64,000 nt of DNA from Azolla caroliniana (taxonomy: Eukaryota > Plantae > Polypodiophyta): positions 12,214,001 through 12,278,000 of the forward strand of contig JBHGNT010000022.1 of assembly GCA_043228905.1 (NCBI GenBank). The letters are read 5' to 3'. The notes under the pieces were generated by a model. That model had not been told where the DNA came from. It ran no database searches and saw nothing but the letters and a program-made list of their open reading frames with translations. Shown here piece by piece: positions 51,847 to 64,000 of the stretch. Position 1 is the stretch's first letter. Every line of letters begins with the position of its first letter. The translations under genes and the position numbers were made by a program.

Positions 51847-53962
51847 CATCAAGAGGTTGTGTATACTACTATTACTACTATTTTCTACCATTACTACTAC
51901 TACAACTACAACTGCTACTACTACTACCACTGTCATCACTAATATTACTACTACCATAACTTTTACAGATGTTGTGATTACTATTACTACTACCACTATT
52001 ACCACCACCACCACCATAACTTTTACAAAGGTGTGTATAAATTGGCCACAATCATAAATATATATTCTCTAGACCCTAACCTTAACTATCATCATAACTA
52101 CCAACCAACCCTATTGCATAAATAATAAATCTTAACACTATAAACCTTAACTTATGATAACTCTTCTTTGGGTTTTCTAGGTTGAACTTCGTTACCATAA
52201 TAGCTATTTTTTTATCATCGACATTGCCAGTGTATTATAGTAGTTTATGTTATAGAAAGAAGTAATTTGTGTTTATTCTTAGCTATAGATTTACGCATAT
52301 GTACTATAGTAGATATTATGAGTAGGTATTTTTTACCATTTCTGTTCTTTGGTTTCTTACTGTAGAATCATAAGTCTAGGGTTCTTCTTTGTAACATCCC
52401 TACAAAGAGTAAGGTTTCTCGAGCAAGTTTGCTTTTTGCATGAGTTTTTGTGACATGCATCAAAGGAAGAAAGTCTCTTCTTCTTGGCTTGCCGAGTACC
52501 TGAAAATGTGTTATTTTGCTTCTTTGGGTAGTATTCTCCAACCACTTTCCTATTTTGGGGCAATTATTCTGCAATGAATTGCATACCTACTTTTTTCTTT
52601 TCTTTTCTTTTCTTTTTTGGGTTAGCAATCAAATTAATAATTTGTGTAGCTACTCCCCTCTTTTGGGGAACATGATCATTACAAAACAAAAATGTTTAAC
52701 TGAAAGGACACGGACATGGAGAACAATAAAAACTGATGAATGGACAAGAATTTGAGAAGGCCCTGAGGTTGGAAGCATATCGTCCATTGGATCTTGGATT
52801 TGATCAAAGGTTTTTGGAGTGCATCAGCCATCAGATGTGGGCTGTGATCAAAGGTTAGAATCATCTTGGCCTATGGGTCATCGGGTTTGATCAAATGCTA
52901 GATATTTATTTTGGCTGTTGGTTCGTCGGGATTTGTGCAAGAGGGTAAGACACTTGCTGGCCTGTTGGATCATCAGTTTGGAGCTCAACTGGACAGTTTC
53001 ATTATGTGATGTTTTGGGCTCTTCATAAATGAGTGGCTGTGCAACTCTCATCTCTTCAACTATTAGTTTCTAATAGTTTTATTGATTTGTTTCAACTTAA
53101 TCGTAATTGTATTAGTTCCGAAGGTGATTAGTAAGTAACGAATTTATAATAAGCATATGAGGATCTATCTACCTCATATAAGAATAATGATATGCTATTT
53201 ACTTGCTCAAGAGACATGTTTTGAAGTTTGCATTATGTGTTTTGGCAAGCTTAAATGTATCTCCTTAGTATCCTCAAAGCATTTGGCATTTTGTAAACCT
53301 TCAGAACTTGTTAGTACTACAAGACTTGTTATCCTTCTCTTTTTCTGTAAACCTTCAGGAAGTTGTTGCAGTAATTATTCTTTACCTTACTGATCTCTTT
53401 TTTGTTTATTTGATTGTAGCTTTCATCACTAATTGCTGAATATGTCTCAGACCCCAAATTCCCATTCGTGGGTGACCTGTGTGAGTATGCAAGTATGTTT
53501 TGTGCTAACAATCGAGGAAGGATGAAAGGAAAAACTAGCAAAGAGTATTGTTGATATGTGAAGGTTTGCTTCCTACTATGCTCATTATAGGACATGGGGA
53601 TTTATTTACAATCATTACTAGAGTTGAATATGGCCCATTTTTATGGGATAAAAACTTGCATCCAAGCTATGAGGTAAAGGCTACCTCTTCCTATTCCAAG
53701 GTGTTGAAAAGGCAAAAAATGAATAAAAGAACTCGTAGATCTTAACATTTGGTTTGTGCTAGCATTGTGATGTGAAGACACCCATGAACAATTCACACAT
53801 CCATGGTGTAGTAGAACATGTATGTGCATGTTGACAGGAAATTTGTAGGCATCTTGCCCCTAGTGGAACTACCTTTATGTGAGGTAGTAGAACAATACCT
53901 TAAGAGGGTGATAGAGTTAGCAAAAAGGTTTTGTATTGTCACATTGTTCTAATGTATGTATG

Positions 53963-53998
<36 letters not shown>

Positions 53999-54004
53999 GA
54001 GGTC

Positions 54005-55470
54005 TCGACTCTCAATCATGGCCCTTCCATCTACAACTTAAAGTGGTGCAAAGAGGTGCAATGTTTCTTGATACCTATATATTATTATGTTTTTTACCAC
54101 TAATCCCATGGATCAAGAAGGCATTACAAACATTGTCGCAACCTCTTTGGTTTATGTTATGGTGGAAGGTAGAAACCATTGGATTTACATGGATTTCATG
54201 GTACCATTTGGCTACTCCAAAATGTTTAGTTGTATGGCAATATTGGATTTGGAAATGCGTTTGATGGCTCATAGTTTTGTATTATTGCGAGATATATGTC
54301 AACAAGATTAACTATGGATATTTGTGATGCAATATTTTATTGAGCATGAAGGATTGGTGCATGGGAAACAATGATTTAAGTGTTGTGGTGGCCATTACTC
54401 AATGAGTATATTTCTCTAAAGATTCAACATTTTGTATGCGGGCAACAATTGTTGAGGTTATGGAAAGATGCATTATCTTTTTTTGAGTGGGCACCATCAA
54501 CTGATCAAGAATTTCATAATTCATTGCAAAATGAATTGCTCGTTTCTTCTCTAGTGTTGCTTTGTCATGGAAAATAGAAGTTGAGATCTCAATTCAATCA
54601 TTTGTTTCGATTGGGGGTTGTAGATTTAGGAGATGTGGTTAATAATGAATTTTAAGATTGACAAAATTTGAAGATGTCAAATGATGCTATGTTCTTGCAA
54701 ATTATAGATTTATTTAGGAGAAATTACAAGATATACCATGATGTTTGCCTTTAAAAACAAATATGCACCTTTGGTAAACTCGTGGTTATAGGATGGTACA
54801 TGCTTGTTACAGGTCATTACAAATATGTTGTGTCATCATGCAATGACATCATTATCTTGGTTATCGTCTAAAGCAAAAAAGGTGTGGAATGTATATAAAT
54901 CGAATGTAAGGTAGTGGCAAATATTGCAATGTGGTTGGCACTTCCATTGCCATTTCGTGCAAAGGTATTAATATGGAGTCGTGATTGGTGGGTTCCCATT
55001 GTGGGAAATGAGGATTAGGGTTAGATAGGTACATATTGCTTTTGCACCATTCCATTGGAGGACAATATACACAGATTCATTAAATGTCCTATAACATGTA
55101 TAATTTGGAAGTACTTATTAGACGTTTGACAAGTTTTAACTAGTTGTTATTTGAGGCCTCAACAATGGGTTTTTTCTCAGTATGTTCAAAATGTTCCAAA
55201 TGATGAGCTAGCGATATTGTTCCAATTTTTATGATATTGGGACTCCAACACAATTGGAATATGTGTAATACGTTCATGTTTAATGATAGATATAGGGTGA
55301 AAACTTATATGAAGAAGTTGAAAAGTTATTCTTATGTGGAATTTCTAAATGTTAGAGCATATTCAGCTTTTATATTAGCTTTATAACATGTATGTCCCCT
55401 ACATAGGTTAGGTAAGGAGACTAAGAAGTTGTAGAAGTGGATTTTACATACATTTAATATAATTGTGTGC
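54005..55470 (+). mobile_element. Decayed L1-type ORF2 C-terminal remnant between (AG)n and (AC)n
   Basis: Homologous to 32030-33160. Degenerate zf-RVT-like text near 54930-55090. Confidence 0.5.
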
Positions 55471-57774
55471 TTTTACACACACACACACACACACACAGTC
55501 CTAACATTGTGGCTAATGTATGCCTTTTGTTGTAAATTCACGATATCATTTGTTTAGTTTTTTTTTTCCCAAAAAACACACTACTTCACATTAGTTAGCA
55601 AACAAAGTACATCATAGACCAACAAATTTCAGCAACCCTGACACTGGCCTTCTCACCAAAATGGTCATAGTCCCCACCTCATTTTCAACAAAAGTATCCC
55701 AACAATTCCTATAACCTAGTAATTTCCCAAAAAAAACACTACTTCGCATTAGTTAGCAAACAAAGTACATCATAGACCAACAAATTTCAGTAACCTTGAC
55801 ACTGGCCTTCTCACCAAAGTGGTCATAGTCCCCACCTCATTTTCAGCAAAAGTATTCCAACAACTCCTATAACCTAGTAATTATTGTACCATATCTATAG
55901 ATATTTACAACACTTGGTCACTAATGGAAGCCATTGGCGGAAACGGCCATCGGGGTGCTTGGTAGTTCCATTTAGGCAACCCAGATTGTTAATTGTCATA
56001 GCAAAGTTTCATATGTTTGGTTTCTTCATAAAACATGACATTGAATTTCTTTTTTAGAAATCACAATTTCATCTCACCCAACAACATGTAATCTTATAGT
56101 TTCTTTTTACAATGGGCGTATTTATCAATTTGCTTCTTTTTTAATTTAGTGAAAATTTCCAACAGGAGTGTCAATATGCATTAGATAAGAAATAGACCCA
56201 CGTTTTTTGGAAAATCAAGGTTATGAGGATTGGGCCACATATAACACATTAGAAATGATTATTTGACAATGTGCATACTCATAATAGTCCTCTTAAGTGT
56301 CTTTTGGGATGCAATCCTCCATTTGGCATGACAAATGCAAGTTATGTAAAACCATAGGACCATGCAATCCTCCATTTGGCATAACAAATGAAAGTTATGT
56401 AAGACAAAACGTAGGGTTGTAATAGGGAAAACTTGAATAACCAATGTGGATCACACCAAAATAGTTGATTGTGATTAGTCCATACAATCCTAGAGCCTAT
56501 TATTGGACTATGGAAAAAAAGTTTCAAACTCAAATGGTGAAAGGACACCGAGATGGAAGACTTCTATAATTAATGATTTGTGAACTATGTATTGATAGTA
56601 GATAACTTGTCGTAAGAAAATTATTGAATGTGGACAAGTCTACAAGAAGGGTTTCATTTGTGAGTCCGCGCACACACATACTACAAGTAGACTTACAATG
56701 ATTCCTTGATTGTGATCTTAATAACAAACCAATAAGTTCTAAAGAGATTTGGGAGCCTCTAGATTAAACAAAAATTTCCCTCTAGCTAACAATTCACTTC
56801 TCATTATTGAAGCCATATTTTAGTGTTAAAGATACTCTCTTAATAGAGAGGAAAGATAACAAATTCTTCCACACCGTCTCCCCATATGACTTACCATGTC
56901 TTCCTAATAATAATATGCATATGGTATAAGTCAATCAAGATATTTGCTAAGTGTAATCAAATGTCCTTAAATTTGTTTCCCTTATCAATGGCTCTAAAAA
57001 ATAGTCATTGTGTAATTTGGCCATTATTTTGCGAGTAACAAGTGATGAAGCATTTATTCATGTTGATTCCCTTATTTCTAACTATTCATCTCATATAACA
57101 ATATGCTTATTTCTTGTGAAAGTTTCATTAATCATGTTAAAGATTCTAAAGAAAAACAAAGATAAGTCCGAAGGAATGCAAAAGAAAATATTCTTTTCAC
57201 GTTCATTTATATTTTATTTTTGATTGATTTAATGTAAAACCATATGTATCATCATAGAAGAAGAATATGCTTCGGAGACTTGTTCTTGCATATAAAACAA
57301 TGCAACAATCTTATGCCTTAGCCTATTCGAGCATAGACCAAGTATAAGTTGCTTCATGAAGAATGTGAGGCAATGGTGATGTGTTAAAAACCAAATTTAA
57401 GGTGAGTTAGACATTGTTATCAACATATCTTTCATTTATTGGAATCAATTTTCGCCCTTTTCCTCTTCCTTCTGTTTGAACATTATTTAGCACAAAATGT
57501 AGTCTTAGAAGGCTCAACTCTCCCCACTTGTATTACACTTTTGAATTAAATTACAAAAGCACGATTCAAAATAGTTTCTTCTAGAAAACTCTCAAGTCAC
57601 AATATTTTCTATGTTGAATGCTTTCAAAATTTAGAAAAACTCAAAAGTGATGTGACTATAAATGTATGTTAAGGGGAATGAGAAGATTAGAATTTGTATA
57701 CATATTTTAGCAAGAAAGATCGAGTAACACATACTAATACAAAAACTATTAGACCATACACATTAACACATGAG

Positions 57775-58370
57775 ATGGCCGTAGAGGTGTATAGCGACAA
57801 TGTGGAGTTGAAAGTGTCTGCCAAGAGGGTTTGGAAGGCTGCATTTGAGGATGCCCATTCAGTTCTACCCAAAGCTTCCCCTAATGTCGTAGAGAGAGTG
57901 GAGTATGAGGGCGTCAATTTCGAAGTGGGCTCTATTCGTACCATCCACTTCGTGAAGAGTATGTTGTTTATTTATAGTTTACATTTTTTTTCGCTCTTTA
58001 GTTACCAATTGTAACACCTTCCCTTGTTCATCTCTACCCCCTAGGTTTTGTCGAGAAGAACTCTGTGGAGAAGCACCCTGGGCACACTGTCTTGTTCACT
58101 AAGGAGAAGATCCTCGAACTCGACTCACACACCTTTTCTGTGAAGGTTGATATAATTGAAGGTGGCTTTGTTGGTGTCCTTGTTAAACACTACAAGGGCA
58201 CATTCCATGTCAAAGAGACTGGACCTCACACAAGTAATGTTCATTTTACCTTTGAGTATGAGGCCCTCTCGGAGACACACAAATCTCATGTCCCAATTGC
58301 CCTCAAGGAAGCTGTTCCCAAGAGTTTCTTTGATATTGAGGCATTCCTTCTTGCCCACCCTGAGTATTGA
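57775..58370 (+). CDS. PR-10/Bet v 1 (MLP-like) protein, copy 1, 169 aa. Exons 57775-57958, 58045-58370
   Basis: VSAKRVWKAAFEDAHSVLPKASP..VERVEY.G...VGSIRTIHF, KEKI..LD......DIIEGG, FEYE, IEAFLLAHPEY. Single intron at the usual PR-10 position. CTATAAAT at ~57656. Confidence 0.92.
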
Positions 58371-58959
58371 TGATGCCATTAACACTTCCTTACCATCAAA
58401 CATCAAATAATACCGAAATGAAGAGTGGAATCATTCACCACTTCTTGGCTTTTCAATGTTACAAGTGTGAGAATACATCGATTGTACTCTACGAATTGTT
58501 TTTTTTTCATATGATCATATGTTAATAAAACCATCTTAGTGTCAAAGAAACAAATGGTATTAATGGGGTGCCTTTATATATTTTTATGCAATATGTTGAC
58601 ATGAGAGAGGTCTTACACTAATCGTGCAAGATTGTTAGTAATTAAATCGTGAACAATTTATTCCTTTAGGATTGGTTGTATAGTAATTAATCGGTTAGGA
58701 TTGGCCACATAGTAATAATTTATTAATATGATTAGAATTGATGAAAATATCCTAAAATCTATGTGTATGTATCATGTATTTAACTAGTTCTTATATAAAA
58801 TTTAGATTTTTTTCATGTGTTTATGACTTCATGTGAAGGAAGTGCTCACATTATCCCGAATCCACTAGATTAGTCCATTCGTTGTCGTAGTGAAATAACC
58901 CATTCACAGTAGTAATTAAAAATTTCAGTGTTATTTTGTGATTGGAAATACTAATAATG

Positions 58960-59400
58960 ACAAGAATTGCACTATAACATTTAAACTTTGTACTACAAAT
59001 GATCCATCTCTAATTTTACACACATACTCTAGTTTCTCAAACATTTCAAGGGTTACTTTGGGTAAAACCAAATGAGCATCCTCAAATGTTTCATTCAGAA
59101 CAATGTTGGGAGACACTCCAACCGTTATCTTGCCATACATCTATGAACATGTTTCCTTCAAATGGAAATCATGACTTACTTGTTCATCAACAACATACAT
59201 ACCAAACTCTTTCTTGCTAGAACATGCGTATATGATTCTTCTAATCCTCCCATGATTTGAATTATTTATAGTCATAATCCCCATCTCATTTAGGCACATC
59301 ACTTTGAGAGTTTTCATACATTGAGGAGCTTATCGTCATTGTAGAAAACAAAAGATGAAGAATCCCATTTGTCTTAGTCACACATCACTTCGAGTTTTTT
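58960..59400 (-). pseudogene. Inverted, diverged PR-10 pseudogene (promoter, 5' UTR and exon 1 only)
   Basis: Minus-strand peptide TFEDAHLVLPKVTLEMFEKLEY is homologous to PR-10 exon 1. The upstream motifs CTCAAAGTGATGTG and CTATAAAT shared with the intact genes are present. No exon 2. Confidence 0.75.
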
Positions 59401-62255
59401 TTACAATTTGGATAGACCCTTAGAAGAATCTAATCCATTAGCTAATACATCCCCCCTAGTCTCATTGAGAAGAGTAAGTGAACCATTCTCTCTTTCTAAC
59501 CGATTGTGTTGATATCCACCCTAATTTATGAGCACTCATTAGTGGCCAACTCCAACTCAATAAATGTCATCGAATTCGAATGGAAAAATATAATTAGTAA
59601 ACTTTTAAATTTTATACAAATTGAAAACAAATATAAACAATTAAAATAGTGTGATGTATCTAACAAAGTTGGCTAGTTTTGCTCATTCTTACTATGACCC
59701 TAATGGTACTGGGCGACAATTGTGCATTTCTTAACCCACCAAAAGGCCAGGATGTCTATATCAATGTCTTTAGCCACTATCTTGTAGACATTCACCTATC
59801 AGGATTGCGTCTTTTGTTTCGGTTTGCTTATTATATAGATTTAGGTTTTGTAATTGTGGACATGTCAATAGATTCAATCAATATGATTATTTTGAGCATC
59901 GAATGGGTGTTCTTCTCTTTTTCTTGTAGCCTCAAAGTTTCCATAGGGATTATGTTAGTAAGAGTTAGGGGACTAGGTACTATGGATTGGATTTTACACT
60001 CAACTATTAGATCATGCACGAATAATGCTTGCTCAATTCCTTCTAGCATTCAAAAATATATTGTTTGGGTGGTAGCTGCGATCATACATTGGCTATTGTT
60101 GTAGCAATCTTATCTTAATTTATCGATGTATTCTTTTTTACTATAGTAAGAATTCCTAGAGTGAAGCGTCGATATGTAAGACATAAGGCACAACCTTACA
60201 TTTTGTGAAAGTAATCTTCAACCCATTGAAGATAGAAAATTTGATTATAAAGAGCGGGACATATGAAAAGATTATTTGACGATGCATATATTAGCTAGTC
60301 CTCTTCAATTTCTAGGATATGCATTAAATTATCCCATTACAATTTACCATAGCAATTAGCAAATGCAAGTTATGTAAAACCAAATGCTCATCCCTTTCTT
60401 TTTACCACTACTTTATCACATTATTGTTACATGGTTAATCTTGTATTAGCAAGGCATTAGATTGCAAGTGGGAACCTAAGGTCTTACCAAATTAGAAACA
60501 TTTAAAAAATAAGGCATCAATTTTATTGCCAATGTCATATCAAACATATAAAAAAAGGTTGTTTTAAGGATAACTCGAATAACCAATGTGGATTGGGAGA
60601 TTGTGAAACATTTAACTAATTGCAATTAGTCCATAAAATTCATAGAGCCAAGTATTAGGATTCAAGACCATGCAAAAACAATGTCTAAAGTCAAAGAGAT
60701 GAAAGAACTTCTAGAACTGATGATTTGGAAAATCTTAAGTGTAGGCGACAAATAACCCGTTGTCAAAAAATTATCGTATGTGGACTAGTCTAATGTAGAC
60801 CAAGAAGAGTTTCATATGTCAAAGCACACACACCTCTAAGTGGCTAAATAATTATTCCTTGATTATGCAACATACATATAGGTTCTAATGAGCTTGAGGG
60901 GTCTATAGGTTTCTTGTCAACAATGAACCAGTTAAACTCAACGATTAAATTATTCTTTCCCTCAAGAATCCTTCTTTTGACAAAGGATACGAGGAAATTT
61001 TGATTAGTGATTAACAAACCTTAACCTATCATAAAGTTTTGGCAAGGGACTTTGATAACTACCGTTCTCTAAAGAAGCAAAATGTTGAGAAATCAGCGAC
61101 GATACTTCTTGTTATCTTGATTGATGTTGTTGACACTAGTACCATTCCTACCTACAACTTTGCTTCTCTCATTTTGGATAGTACACAAATCAATCTATCT
61201 TAATCATACTTTGGTTTTAAAGATACTCTATCAAATTAAGAGATAAAAAAACCTTTAATTGTATGGACCCATCTAAGGCGCACAGTTGATTACAAATATC
61301 CCGACAATAAATCAAGATATTTGTTAAATGTAATCCAATCTCCTTCGAGTTGTTTCCTATATCAATGCGTCCAAAAAATAGACATTGTGAAATTTGCACA
61401 TTATTTTGTAAACAAGTGATGAACCATTAATCATATTGATTCTATTGTTCGTAAACGTCTTCTTCATGCAACAACACATTTATTTCTCTAGAAAGCTTCA
61501 TTAACCATGTTGTAAATTCTAAAAAGAAGCCAAATACGATCGAAACAATGTAAAAATATGGTTCTTTTTACACTCATTTATATTGCCATTTCCATTCATT
61601 TGATGTTAAACCATCCATACTTCATGAAACACTAATATGTTAAATAGACTTATTCTTGCATATTGCCATTTCCATTCATTTGATGTTAAACCATCCATAC
61701 TTCATGAAACACTAATATTTTAAATAGACTTATTCTTGCATATAGAACAAACAATCAATGTTATGGCTTTTTATATTTGAGCACAAAACACGTGTAATAA
61801 TATACAATGTGTAGTAGCAAGGTGTCGAAAACCAATTGTTGTGTAAGTAAAATGTTCCTATTAGCAAACTATTAATTTCCTGGAATATTTTTTTGTCTTT
61901 TTCTTGTCCTTCCATTTGTTTGAACGTTATTCCACCAAAGAAACGTAGTCTTACAAGGCTCAATGCTTCTCACTTTATTAAACTTTTGAATTAAAGTATG
62001 AAAGTGGATTGTGGGGGTTCAAAAAGTTTCTTCTAGAAGACTCACAAGTCATTATGTTTTCTATGATGAAGGTATTCAAAACATAGCAAAATTCTCAAAG
62101 TGATGTGACTAAGTGAGTGGGAATTGTTAGTATAAATGTGTGTAGGGGGGCGAATGTGAAGATCAAGAGAAGTTGTATACATATTCCAGCAAGAAAGAGC
62201 GAGTAATAAAAACACCAACAACAAATCTAGTACACCACATACATTAACACATAAG

Positions 62256-62849
62256 ATGGCGATAGAGGTGTATAGCGACAAGGTGGAGTTGAAAGTGTCG
62301 GCCAAGAGAGTGTGGAAGGCTGCATTCGAGGATGCCCATTCCGTTTTACCCAAAGCATCCCCTGACGTAGTGGAGCGAGTGGAGTATGAGGGTGCCAGTT
62401 TCGACGTGGGCTCTATTCGTACCATCCACTTTGTGAAGAGTATGTTGTTTATTCATAGTTTACATTTTTTTTCACTCTTTAGTCACCAATCATAATACCT
62501 TCTGTGCATTACCTCTTCCCTAGGCTATGTTGAGAAGAACTCTGTGGAGAAGCACCCTGGGCATCATGTCTTCTTCACCAAGGAGAAGATCCTCGAACTC
62601 GACTCACATGCCCTTTCTGTGAAGGTTGATATAATTGAAGGTGGCTTTATTGGCATCCTAGTTAAACATTACAAGGGCACGTTCCATGTCAAAGAGACTG
62701 GACCTCACACAAGTGTTGTCCATTTTACCTTCGAGTATGAGGCCCTCTCAGAGACACACAAATCTCACGTCCCAATTGCCCTCAAGGAAGCCGTTCCCAA
62801 GAGTTTCCTCAATATTGAGGACTTCCTTCTCGCCCACCCGGAGTATTGA
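62256..62849 (+). CDS. PR-10/Bet v 1 (MLP-like) protein, copy 2, 169 aa. Exons 62256-62439, 62524-62849
   Basis: Close paralogue of copy 1 with the same exon sizes (184+326 nt). GTATAAAT at ~62130. Confidence 0.92.
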
Positions 62850-63739
62850 TCATGCCATAAATACTTCCTTTGTTTCAAACATCCACACTAAATAAGTTTA
62901 TTGCATCAAATGGCACCCCAATGGTATACTAGAACATGGAAATTGAATAAAACATTCACCACTTATTGTCTCTACAATGTTAAGTGTGTGAAATACATCG
63001 ATTGTGTTTTCCACATTGTTTTTATTAATATGATAATATGTTGTTAAACCATCTTAGTGTCAAAGAGAAAGAAATGATATCACAAGAAAATTATATGATA
63101 AGGATTGTCTATATTGTAAATTTGTAATTATTGCAAAAACCACGCAATGTATGATTAGAACTTTGGAAAATATCTTAAAGTCTGTGTCTATGAATCAAGT
63201 AATTAACCACACTTGGTTATAAAAAGTATGGTAGAGACTAATTAGACTATCATTAATTATAGCTATTTCTTTAGATAATTTTAGGATCGCGGCATTTTGT
63301 AGAATTCTTGCATGTGCTTATTTCTTCAATCAAAGGAAGTTTTGATAAATCATACTATGCTAATATGGACAATGTAATCATATATTGCCTTTTTTTTTTG
63401 CTCTCAATGTTAGAGCTTTAAATACGAACCTTGTGAGTGCTTTTTACCATTGCCACTACATTTCAAAGCTATTGCAATGCATGTAGACACTTGATTTCCA
63501 TTGCCACTACATTTCAAAGCTATTGCAATGCATGTAGACACTTGATTTCGACTAGATATGAAGACATGTGTTCTTTTCTGAGATGTTTTTCAGCCTTCTA
63601 AACTTTTCACATGATGTTTTCACACTTAACGAGCTTTGCTTGTTATTGAAATACTCGTGTCTAACTAATAATGCGTGTGTCTAAAATAACCCGTTCATGG
63701 TTGCCGCGACAAGTTTTCGATGTTATTTTGTAAGTGTAT

Positions 63740-64000
63740 ATACTCATAAACATTGCACTATAACAATGAAATATTTTAAGATGGATTAGGTTCTAACTGG
63801 GTGCACGCATACTCTAGTTTCTCAAACATTTCAAAGTTTACTTTAGGCAATACCACATGGGCATCCTCAAATGTGCCATCCCAAACCATGTTGGCAGGCA
63901 TTTTCAACCTTATCTTGTATGATAAACCTCAATGATGATGTGAGTGGCAATGGTGGCTTACATGTTGGTCACCAACATATATACCAAACCATTTGTTGCC
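63740..64000 (-). pseudogene. Inverted, frameshifted PR-10 pseudogene (exon 1), running off the window edge
   Basis: Minus strand reads IEVY then a frameshift, then KIRLKMPANMVWDGTFEDAHVVLPKVNFEMFEKLEY and a premature stop. Paralogous to 58960-59400. Confidence 0.75.

Overview
Eukaryotic nuclear DNA from a land plant. It is AT-rich, intron- and microsatellite-rich, and its long PLS-PPR gene is of a style typical of seedless plants such as ferns (taxon is inference). Eight apparently intact protein-coding genes are supported: a PLS/E-class PPR editing-factor gene (+), plastid-type octanoyltransferase LIP2/LipB (-, 4 exons), an organellar ClpB/Hsp100 (-, 10 exons, dense heat-shock elements upstream), a DUF309 protein (+, 3 exons), a DUF569 actin-crosslinking-like protein (-, 3 exons), a PNRC-motif protein (+) and two tandem PR-10/Bet v 1 genes, each followed by an inverted pseudogene. 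Mobile DNA includes a full-length L1-clade LINE with a 17-bp TSD whose ORF2 is split by a nested 861-bp element, three solo-LTR-like elements, tRNA-derived SINE-like units and several decayed retroelement remnants. Most notable: (1) the ClpB transit-peptide exon has no in-frame AUG and begins at an ACG in a perfect Kozak context, and intron 1 holds a possible cassette exon ending in ATG that would give an untargeted isoform; (2) two short elements with TGTCG...CGACA ends, 4-bp TSDs, subterminal hairpins and a shared 3' motif, one carrying a tRNA-like Pol III cassette; (3) a microsatellite-associated element with two convergent tRNA-like heads. No CRISPR array, rRNA or bona fide tRNA gene was found. 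Exon boundaries were read by eye.
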